DNA of 64,000 nucleotides from Octopus sinensis (taxonomy: Eukaryota), in contig NC_043000.1 of assembly GCF_006345805.1 (NCBI RefSeq), forward strand, positions 93,558,001-93,622,000. The letters run 5' to 3'. The position numbers and the translations under genes were made by a program. Of the stretch, positions 53,744 to 64,000 are shown piece by piece; within the stretch, counting starts at the first letter, position 1, and each line of letters begins with the position of its first letter. The notes under the pieces were generated by a model. It saw only the letters and a list, made by a program, of their open reading frames with translations, did not search any database and had not been told where the DNA came from.

Positions 53744-53975
53744 AAGGCGGCGAGCTGGCAGAACCGTTAGCACGCCGAGCAAAATGCATAGCCGTATTTC
53801 ATCTGCCATTACGTTCTGAGTTCAAATTCCGCCATTGTCGACTTTGCCTTTCATCCTTTCGGGGTCGAATAAATTAAGAACCAGTTATGCACTGGGGTCG
53901 ATGTAATCGACTTAATCCGTTCGTCTGTCCTTGTTTGTCCCCTCTATGTTTAGCCCCTTGTGGGTAATAAAGAAA
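53744..53975 (+). mobile_element. Full-length young SINE A with 17-bp TSD
   Basis: GATTCATGGCTCAGTTG (53727-53743) and GATTCACGGCTCAGTTG (53978-53994). Confidence 0.92.
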
Positions 53976-54877
53976 CGGATTCACGGCTCAGTTGCTAAAG
54001 TATATGACCACCAACCGAAAGGCTGTTGGCTCCAGATCACCTATTATTACTGCTAATCATGACATTTAACTCACAAGATTCTCTATTCACCCAGATGTAA
54101 AGAGATAGATATATTTTTGGAGTAAAGATTCACTGAATGAATAAATTCAACATTTTGTTCCATAATTCTCTTCTGTAATCTTATATCTTAAATGACCATC
54201 TCTGCTGCCATCCACCTCCATATTAACGCTTTTGTGACTATATTTCTAATGAGATGACTGTCTGTGCATTTCAATTAATTATTGCTCACAGTAATCAAGA
54301 TTTTGAAGAGGATTTGTAAAATATCAGTAACTATATATCATCGTCATTATCATCATCGTATTCAATGTTTTAATGTCCACATTGCATGAATCAGACTGAT
54401 TTCATTGAGGCAAATTTTCTGTCTGGATGTCCTTCCTGTCACTAACCCTCACCTGTTTTTCGAGCAAGCTATTACTCTCCCATGGCTGGACATGTTTTCA
54501 TGGTAGATTGCAAATGAAGGACACTAACTATATTTGTATTAGGGTGACGCTCATTGGCAACTATTGTGCAGTGTAAGACGAAGAGACACATATACACACA
54601 TTTATGAACACACACACATATAAATATATATCAATTTTAATAAATTAAAGGTTGACAGCAAAAGTTAATAAATACATAGGCTACCAAAAATATATAGAGA
54701 AATTCTTCAGTTTAATATTAAAATGCTTCCATATATGATTTGACTTGAAAACATAGCTTACACACATACACACTTACATAGATACACACACACACATATA
54801 TCATCGTCATCATCGTTGTTTAATGTCCACTTGTTGAGTGGTAGTGGGGGACAAAGACCTACACATACACACACACC

Positions 54878-55428
54878 TGATCCACTCACAAAGCTTTGGT
54901 TGATGAAAAGCTATAATAAAAGACACTTGTGCAAGGTACCACACAGTGGGACTGAACCTGGAACCATGTGGTTGGGGAAGCAATGTTCTTACCACACAGC
55001 TACATACATGCCTATACACACACACACTCACACACACATACACACACAATCACACACACACAAATAGGGCTTCTTTCAGTTTCCCTCTACCAAATCTATT
55101 CATAAGGTTCTGGTCAACCTGAGGCAAGAGTAGAAGACACTTACTGGAGGTGCCACATAGTGGAACTGAACCCAAAACCATGTGGTTCGGAAGCAAGCTT
55201 CTTACCACAGAGCCACACCCATGCACACACACACACACACAAACACACAAACACACACAAACACACACACACACAAAGGGCTTCTTTCAGTTTCTGTCTA
55301 TCAAATCCACTCACAAAGCTTTGGTTGACCTGATGCTATAGAAGAAGACACTTTCCCAAGGTGCCAAGCAGTGAGACTGAACTCGGAACCATGTGGTTGG
55401 GAAGCAAACTTCCTACCATATAGCCACA
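54878..55428 (-). mobile_element. Three head-to-tail SINE B 5' halves separated by (CA)n
   Basis: AGACACTT...GACTGAAC..AACCATGTGGTT.GGAAGCAA..TTC.TACCAC occurs three times. Confidence 0.85.
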
Positions 55429-55910
55429 ATAAGTGATCCATTAGTCACAACTGGTATACATTTTGTCTGTGCAATTCTGGCCGACCCTGGGTTAATTAAT
55501 TACTGACACTCTAATGTCTAAAAACAAAACCCATAAAAATATCTATGATACATTGACCAAGGTAGTCCTAGATATACATACACGCTAAAAGATTGTATGC
55601 CTTTGATCATAGGTCAGTCAAAACAGGACTGACTTGGACTGCTGGGCTATCTAGTCTGGTGTTCTACTCTTCCAGCCATGCCCCTCACCACCACTATCAT
55701 CACCATCCCCACCACTCAATGACTGACATGATTATGGTAATGATTATTAAGAAGCAGAGAGGATGACCTATCACTGCATGATAGATAAGTACCAAGTGCA
55801 GAAGATTTAATACTCACTAAATAACATGTAAGAGTAAATAATAAATAAAATAAAATGAAAAAACAACAAAGCAGAAGTAGATTATGAGATAGTGAAAACG
55901 TATACATGCA

Positions 55911-55969
<59 letters not shown>

Positions 55970-56304
55970 GCATATATATATCATCGTCATTTATCTATAT
56001 ATATATATATACAAATGCAAATATACATATACGTATATACACATTCTAATATATATGTATACATACACATATTATATATATATATATATATATATTTAGT
56101 TATATATAGATATATACACACACATGTATTACACGTGTGTACATATATATGTGTATATATACATATATATTACATAATTATACATATACATATATTACAT
56201 GTATGTATGTATGTATGTGTGTATGTATGTATGACTATTTTCTTGCAAGGTGAGGTTGTGAGGTTAGTCAGAGATTTTGTCATTGTTGTAGATAAGATGT
56301 GCAA

Positions 56305-56318
56305 AGGTCAAAAGGTCA
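56305..56318 (+). promoter_or_regulatory. Perfect nuclear-receptor DR2 element
   Basis: AGGTCA-AA-AGGTCA, with another AGGTCA half site about 55 bp downstream. Motif evidence only. Confidence 0.35.
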
Positions 56319-56534
56319 CTATGAGAAATAAATGAATTAGTAAAACAGTGTGATTGCAAGCAACATAAATGAAGGTCACATGGCTATGACTACAACAACA
56401 ACAACAACAACAGAGTTTGTTATGCTAATGTGTGTGTGTGTTTGTTAGTAAGTTAGTATGCTAAAGTAGTGGAAATTTGCTCATCATACTTATAAACGAC
56501 ACAACACACACGACTGCACACACACACACACTCA

Positions 56535-56579
<45 letters not shown>

Positions 56580-57121
56580 CTACACCTTTGAAGGAAATTT
56601 TTCTGAAATGACTTTTCAAAATATTTGGGGAAGGAAATTCAAAAGTTTTGGTTATTTCATTTTTTTTTTAATGTCAAAATAGCTATCATTTATGAAGACT
56701 CGCTCATTATTTATATTTTTTGTATAACACCAGGTCAAATTTTATCGAGTCCTCCACAATATCATAGCCATTGGGTTATATATCGGAGGTGTGGTTATTG
56801 GTAAATCAGAGAACTATGCAGGCAGATTTAAACTGTTGTGGCAAATAAAAAGAAACAAAAACAGGCCTTATGATAATTCATTTCATTCTAGATTACTTTG
56901 TCAAACATGAAGAATGTATGGCAAATGAGGATTTGAACTCAGGACATATCTCAAGGCATTTGTGCTGCTGTGTGGTGAGAAGTTTGCTTCTTAATCACAT
57001 GGTTCTGGGTTTAGTCCTGTTGGTTGGTACTTTGGATGTCTTGTACTATGGCCTCAGGTTCACCTAAATCTTCTGAGTGGATTTGGTTGATGGAAACTGA
57101 AAGAAGATCGTTTTATATACT

Positions 57122-57533
57122 CTTACTTGCTTTTACTCTTTTACTTGTTTCAGTCATTTGACTGCGGCCATGCTGGAGCACCGCCTTTAATCGAACAACT
57201 CGACCCCAGGACTTATTCTTTTGTAAGCCCAGTACTTATTCTATCGGTCTCTTTTGCCGAACCGCTAAGTAACGGGGACATAAACACACCAGCATCGGTT
57301 TTCAAGCAATGCTAGGGGGACAAACAGACACACAAACACACACCCGCATATATATATATATACATATATACGATGGGCTTCTTTCAGTTTCCGTCTACCA
57401 AATCCACTCACAAGGCATTGGTCAGCCTAAGGCTATAATAGAAGACACTTGCCCAAGGTGCCACGCAGTGGGACTGAACCCGGAATCATGTGGTTGGTAA
57501 ACAAGCTACTTACCACACAGCCACTCCTACGCC
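57122..57533 (-). mobile_element. Full-length young SINE B, adjacent to an inverted older 5' half (56962-57110)
   Basis: Complete head-CORE-microsatellite-tail structure with CpGs largely retained. Confidence 0.9.
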
Positions 57534-57576
57534 TATATGTATGTATATATATATATTAATTATATATATATATATA

Positions 57577-58207
57577 TCATCATCATCATCATCATCGTTT
57601 AACGTCCGTTCTCCATGCTAGCATGGGTTGGATGGTTCGACCGGGGATCTGCGAAGCCAGAAGGCTGCATCAGGCTCCAGTCTTATCTGGCAATGTTTCT
57701 ACAGCTGGATGCTCTTCCTAACACCAACCACTCCGAGAGTGTAGTGGGTGCTTTTTACGTGCCACCTGCACTGGTGCCAGGCGAGGCTGGCAACGGCCAC
57801 GGTCGGATTGGTGCATTTTACGTGCCACTGGCACGGAAGCCAGTCGAGTCGGCACTGGCATCATCATCATCACCATCGTTTAACGTCTGTTTTCCATGCT
57901 AGCATGGGTTGGATGGTTTGACTGAGGACTGGCGAGCCAGATAGCTGCTCCAGGCTCCAATCTGATCTGGCAGAGTTTCTACAGCTAGATGCCCTTCCTA
58001 ATGTCAACCACTCCGAAAGTGTAATGGGTGCTTCTATGTGCCACCAGTACGAGGGCCAGTCAGGCAGTACTAGCAATGGCCACACTCAAATGGTGTTTTT
58101 TATGTGTCATCTGCACAAGCCAGTCCAGCGGCACTGACAACGACCTCGCTCGAATGTTGTTTTTCACGTGCCACTAGCACAAGTGCCAGTAAGGGAATGC
58201 TGGTAAT
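57577..58207 (-). mobile_element. Two tandem family D repeats
   Basis: (CAT)n-CGTTTAACGTC..TTCCATGCTAGCATGGGTTGG at about 57577 and 57860. Confidence 0.8.
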
Positions 58208-58208
58208 G

Positions 58209-58239
<31 letters not shown>

Positions 58240-58287
58240 CTATATATATATATATATATATATAAAATATTATATATATATATATAT

Positions 58288-58487
58288 GTCCGCACTAGTC
58301 GCCATGATAGGTCGTTAGCCACTACACATATTTTTTTCTCTCCTTGTTTTTTCTGGGTTCCTTTCTGGAGAAGAGCATAGGCTCGAAACGTAAAAGACTT
58401 TTTCTATTCCTGAACGTTATACTAATACATCTGTTTGTTTTGTACACCACCTGTCTTCATCTTTTGTTTCTTTCGTAAACTCTCCCT
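58288..58487 (+). mobile_element. Penelope-like pLTR remnant in a TA tract with a minimal hammerhead (58361-58396)
   Basis: CTTT CTGGAGA A GAGC-atag-GCTC GAAAC GTA AAAG. This is the minimal-hammerhead pattern of Penelope-like elements, with A6 substituted. Confidence 0.65.
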
Positions 58488-59069
58488 ATATATATAATAC
58501 TATATAAATATATTTATATAAAATACTATATATATAAAATACTATATATATATATATGTATTATAGATTGAATCTTGCTTGCTTGCAATGTTACTCATCC
58601 AAACTGCTGCATAATGGGATAATACTATGAATTATGTGCTCCCTGAAATGTAACTATGAGCAGAATGAAACAAATTTCTCATAAATCAGAGTTTTCAGGG
58701 CATAATGGGAAAAGTCTCTGAAATTAACCTAATCCTGAAAAGGAAGTAACTGTTGCCTTTCCATTATACACAGTCACTTGACAATGAAAATATATGGGTT
58801 TTTTTTTTCTGTAAATGTTTTTAATTTCGCTTTTGTTAAACAATATTTTATTCATTTAGAAATATTTTTAAGTGAATGTGATCTCAAAAATGTAAGTTGT
58901 TTGTACAATAAGTATTTATATTTTAGCTTTTTATAAACAGACAATATTTTAATGCTGTTTTAAAAATTATATTCAAGTGAATAGCATTAGCAAAATTTTT
59001 TTTGGCATATCTAAAAAATATTTTAAAGACTATTTTAGCCTGATACGGCCAGTTTAAGTACTAAAGGAT

Positions 59070-59440
59070 TAATTGACCCTGAAATGATGAAAGGAAAGGT
59101 CAACCTTGTTGGCATTTGAACTCAGAAGATAAAGCTGGAAGTAATGCTGATAAGCATTTTGTCTGGTGCATTAATGATTCTGCCAGCTTCCCATCATAAT
59201 AAAAAAAAAAAGCCATGATAATGATAATCCTTTCTACTAAAGACACAAGGCCTGAAATTTTGGTGGAGGGTACTATTTGATAATATCGACCCCAGTGTTT
59301 CACTGGTACTTAATTTATCGATCCTGAAAGGATGAAAGGCTAAGTCAATCTTGGCAGAATTTGCACTCAGAATATAAAGACAGACAAATTCGTGCTAAGC
59401 ATTTTGTCTGGTATTCTGACAATTCTACCAACTTGTTGCC
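59070..59440 (-). mobile_element. Two tandem SINE A copies
   Basis: Matches family A domain and head. Confidence 0.75.
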
Positions 59441-59537
59441 TTAACCCTTAACAATTCTACCAACTTGTTGTCTTAACCCTTAACAATTCTACCAACTTGT
59501 TGCCTTAACCCTTAACAATTCTACCAACTTGTTGCCT
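59419..59537. repeat. 32-bp minisatellite, about 3.7 copies
   Basis: Unit ACAATTCTACCAACTTGTTGCCTTAACCCTTA with no spacers. Confidence 0.92.
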
Positions 59538-61894
59538 CTGGATCTCTTGTACAAATGTCTTGTTTTCATAAAATCTTCCACCAAACCTTACTCACAATTT
59601 TATGTTCCTAAAGCTAGCTTAATGATAACTAAGTTATTTTACTAAACTCTTTGTTGTATTTAAGATTAATTGAAAGAAACACAGAGTACCTCAAAATAAA
59701 TGCGATAACAAAAGGGTTAAGAAGAAAAGGAAAAAATTAATAATGAGATTAAACTTGGTTATGTGGTGAAGGATTCTGCTTTACAACTGTATAGTGTTGA
59801 GTTCGGTTCCACTTCAAAATCCCTTTGTATTAGGTCAGACATACACTTGTAAATATTGGTTTCAAATTTTGGCACAGGGACAGCAGGTTTTTATAGAGGG
59901 GCTAAGTCAATCAAATAGACCCCAGTTTTCAACTGGTATTTATTTCATCAACCTCAAAAGGATGAAAGACAGAGTCGATCCTAGTGGCATTTGAACTCAC
60001 AACGTAAAAATGAATGAAATTCTTCTAAGCTTTTCACTCAGTGTGCTAACAATTCTGCCATCTTGCTTGGAAATATTGCCATTCAAAATGCATGTTAAGA
60101 GCAGACCCTTTGGTAAACTAACGAAAAACACTTTTTATTACTAATTGCAATATAAAATAAATAAACAAATAAACAGACAAATGAATAAATAAATAAGTAG
60201 ATGAGTGGTTAAGGTCCACAGATGAAAATTTTTCTCTATTTCAATATTTCTGATAAACATTCTTTCTCATGACTACAGCGGATATTAACCTTTTCTCTCA
60301 CTAACCCTTTCCAAAAACAAACTTGTTTGTGTTTCGTTTACCTTTTTATCTTGAGTATGCTTGATCTGTACGTTATCTAAATAGTATTAACCTGAAACTG
60401 GCCTACATTTAACTCAAATAAAGACTAAGAATGCACACCAATGACTTATAGAGCATAGATGTGTGATTAATCTTTTGCCTGCCATGTGTATCACATGTGA
60501 TACAAAGGACATTTCCCTGCCATCCATACACTATATATGGTACACATTCCTAATGTTTTTTTGTTTTTTCAACTGTAACGTAACCTGGGACATGTGAAAG
60601 AAAGCATTATATTACTTAGAATGTATGAAACAAGGGCTAACTAAAAGTTAGAAAACATGAATGTACAGGACAAATTTATGAAAATGCTTTTGAGAAATGG
60701 AAGATTAAGTCAGTGCACCATCATGGCCACCATCTAATGACTGAAGCAAATGAATGAGTGATATATTTATGACAGGTCAATGAAATAGTTGGTAGAGTTG
60801 TAGGAGAAAATACATCACTATTTCTTTTTTTATACATCCTTTTATGATGTGAACTTAAATCTTGCCCAACCGTGTTGTTTTACAATTGTCTGAGGTTTGC
60901 AAAATGTGTACTTTGGTAAATGCAAATGGGGTCGTTTGTTCGTTTGTCTACTTTCACATTGGGTTTTCCATGCAAGCATGGGCTAGATGGATATACTGTT
61001 AGTTACTGAAGTATCATTTTACAGCTGGATGCTCTCACTGACATTGACCCTTATCTGTTTGTCAAGCAAGTGATATGGGAGCTATTATTGCCCAAACCTT
61101 TGAAGAGGCAAAGCAAATGGATAGTTTGTTGACAAAAGTTACAACAATAAACACTGCTCGTAGCAAACCATTTTTGTACAGAGAAAATATGCCTTCTCTT
61201 TTCCAGGTCTGTTTCAGATCTGGAACAAACAGATCTTGAACAGATGTTGATGATGATGATAATGTTGTTGTTGCTGACGATGATGGTGACGATGATGATT
61301 TATTCTTATCTTTTACAACTGAAATTCCACATTACCATTTGCCAGGCTTATTTAACACAAGAATGGTTTACATTCTGTATTTGCATCATTTTCTGGTTTT
61401 GGAATACCATCTCCAGTTAAATGGGCATTGTCTATTTTATTTTTCTCCATAATCTAAAATAGTATGGCAGTGAGCTCATTTTTGTACTAGTGGCAGGCCT
61501 TCATATGTACTGTTAAGCTCTCTTTGAACTGGGTCCAACATACTTTTTAGCATTTGCAGTTGAAGATTCTTCATATTATATTACAGAAATCATTTTTTTT
61601 GCTTCTTTTTTTTTTTTTTGAATGCTCTGTTTTAGTGGCTTCTAGGATAAGGATAAATATCCATTTTAAATCCATAATCTTAAGGATCCACATGCTCATA
61701 TTTCTACCAATCTTTTAGGTCTGATGACTAATCCAACTAGAGGAATCTATTGGATACCAATGACAAATTTTTTACTCTCTAAAATAGACCAATAGTTTCT
61801 GTAGTCCATTGTCCACTCATGATACCAGCTATTTTTAGGGTTGAAGATTGGGGTTCTCATTGCCATATCCCCTATGTTATACAGCCTTCTTTAA

Positions 61895-62090
61895 CCCTTC
61901 AGCATGTTTGTTTATTCACATAGTTTTGAATTAATCATGCATTATCTTGTAGCTTCAACATTTTGAAGAAGAGATTGTTTATTTTTATAATGACATTGTA
62001 GAGTAGATATGAGAAACTGGATCTGTCCAGTTTCAATGTAAGACAGGTAGAATATTTGAGCCTGATATAACTGGTTGAAATGCTAAAGAG
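61895..62090. mobile_element. piggyBac-type MITE, inverted relative of 12811-13033
   Basis: TTAA|CCCTTCAGCA start. TTTTGAATTAATCATGCATTATCTTGTAGCT is the reverse complement of about 12948-12978. Confidence 0.7.
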
Positions 62091-63211
62091 CGAAGCGGCT
62101 CATCTTCTTTCAGTATTGTTCCTTCCACCCACTGAGCCACACTGGTATTCATTTTCACTAGAATGTCTTTAGACATACCTCTGTTTAGCAAGAGAAGATA
62201 TGTGGGCCAGTCAAAAACAAGAACAACAACCAAGTTTCTGCTGTTCAATCTCAAATCGAAGAGGGAGAATTTGTAGGAACTAAATGAAGACAGCATTTAA
62301 TTGTAGACTTCATATGAGTCAGAATTCTAAGTTCCAACCTTTTTATTGCTTTTTGTCCCTTAGCCAGATATACAAATTGTATTTTTGTCATGTTATTGGC
62401 AAGAAAGATCTTCAAATCCATTTATAAATTATATTTTACATAAATTACTGAAATAGATCTCTTTACTGTCTTTTGCCTATATATCTACATCATAGGTACA
62501 TTTCTTAGTATGTCAAATTTACAATGTGTTTCTTATATATGTGTATGTGTAATGCTGTGTGTATGTATATATATGCATATATATGTATGTGTGTGTATAT
62601 GTGTGTATATATTTATATATATATATATACATACACATATATAAATATGCATGTATATGTATGTATATATGTATGTATATGCACATATGTATGTATATAT
62701 GTACATTTAAGTATGTATGTATATATGTATGTATATGATGGACTCTCCTGTTGAAGATGATGTATGAGCATTCAGCTTTGAACGAAGGACCTGCTCAAAT
62801 GATTTGTTTGTAGTGTCTAAATAGGTGCATGGTGTACCATGTGTCACGTGTCAAAGTGATCTCAGAGCAATGATGTAAGATGAAGTTTTTCTCAAGAACA
62901 CTATGCACTACCTCGTCTAGGAATTGTAAACCATGATTGCTAGATCATGAGTGCTACACTTTAACCACTAAACCACACACACATACACACACACATACAC
63001 ATACACACATACACACACACAAATATATATATCATGTATGGGTTTGAGGAAGAGAGTTGGCCAAAATCCTTCACAGACTCTCAGTGAATACTGAGTCCAA
63101 AACCATGAACAGATGCAAAGCAAATGGCTGCAGGAAAAAAATCATTTACCTGGGAAAGAATTTTGGATGTACAAGATTCTGTACAAGACACACAAACACA
63201 TATGTGTACAC

Positions 63212-63246
<35 letters not shown>

Positions 63247-63250
63247 TATA

Positions 63251-63503
63251 TGGCCCAGTGGTTAGGGCAGTGGACTCACGGTCACAGGATCGCGGTTTCG
63301 ATTCCCAGACCAGGCATTGTGAGTGTTTATTGAGCGAAAACACCTGAAAGCTCCACAAGGCTCTGGCAGGGGGTGGTGATCTCTGCTGTACTCTTTCTCT
63401 CACTCTTTCTTCTGTTGGCCTGCGTCATTCAAAGGCTAAAACAATGCGAACGCATTGTGACCAGCGATGTGTAGCAACATCTGATAGCCTCGTCGGTCAT
63501 GTG

Positions 63504-63504
<1 letters not shown>
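63251..63504 (+). mobile_element. SINE family C, tail type 2
   Basis: Collinear with 18768-19060. Confidence 0.85.
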
Positions 63505-63535
<31 letters not shown>

Positions 63536-63596
63536 ATATGTATGTGTATGTATATATAAACACATTTTGGTTTATGAGAGAAATGTTGAAATTTCT

Positions 63597-63777
63597 TGAG
63601 TGGAGATGGCATGAGAATTGGTAACTTCTTGAAGAAAGAAAACAGAAGCCTCTGTAGTAGTGGCAGTAATTAGACAGTCGGTAGAGGCACCGTCTCTGTG
63701 GGACAGGGTCCGGAGTGTCTTGGTGAAGAATCCTTGCTTATCATTTCAGTTAGTGTTCTTTGAATGTCATCTAACTA
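63597..63777 (-). mobile_element. Degenerate LINE (CR1/L2/Jockey group) ORF2 fragment
   Basis: Minus reading with frameshifts LDDIQRTLTEMISKD..TKTLRTLSHR..CL..HYYRGFC resembles the post-RT LDxIQ..LxxLxHRR..LFYRYY motif. Confidence 0.5.
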
Positions 63778-63852
63778 TAGCACCACCACAGATTTGGATT
63801 TCACAAGTGTGTGTGTGTGTGATAGATGCAAACACATATACTGACATGTTTT

Positions 63853-63892
<40 letters not shown>

Positions 63893-64000
63893 TACATATG
63901 ATACATTTTCTTTGTTTAAAAAAATGTACACTTTTATACAGATTTCATTTTTAGGCCTCTGTATAATAATTCAAGTTCAACACATGTATATATATATACA

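Noticed and set aside
59419-59537. 32-bp repeat as a CRISPR array
   Set aside because: Units are contiguous with no spacers, there are no cas genes, and the context is eukaryotic.
61829-61838. Perfect MEF2 site CTATTTTTAG as an autoregulatory element
   Set aside because: YTAWWWWTAR matches are common in DNA this AT-rich, and there is no independent support.
430-63403. Numerous ORFs rich in YI, HT, CV, poly-I or poly-H
   Set aside because: They are translations of (TA)n, (CA)n, (TAA)n and (CAT)n microsatellites, with no domain or splice support.

Overview
AT-rich, microsatellite-saturated eukaryotic DNA. The SINE and repeat repertoire fits an octopus (coleoid cephalopod) genome, which is an inference from memory, not a database result. 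Nearly all listed ORFs are artefacts of (TA)n, (CA)n and (CAT)n tracts. The only host coding sequence I can support is a 54-nt first coding exon of the MADS-box gene Mef2 (52002-52055, +, MGRKKIQISRIGDERNRQ followed by GTAAGT). Most of the window is therefore probably Mef2 5' region and introns. The rest consists of tRNA-derived SINEs (Nin/Deu-like, CORE-like, Meta-like), RTE and CR1-type LINE remnants, a DD37D (maT) transposon derivative, several MITEs (piggyBac-, hAT-, mariner- and foldback-type) and Helitron/Helentron-like elements. The most notable signal is a set of short inserts in (TA)n tracts that carry hammerhead ribozyme cores. One insert (28073-28273) holds two dissimilar hammerheads of opposite polarity. 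Other notable items are a tRNA-like Pol III cassette between direct repeats and a SINE insertion that captured 62 bp of nearby DNA. Repeat boundaries are read by eye and are approximate unless TSDs or TIRs are quoted.
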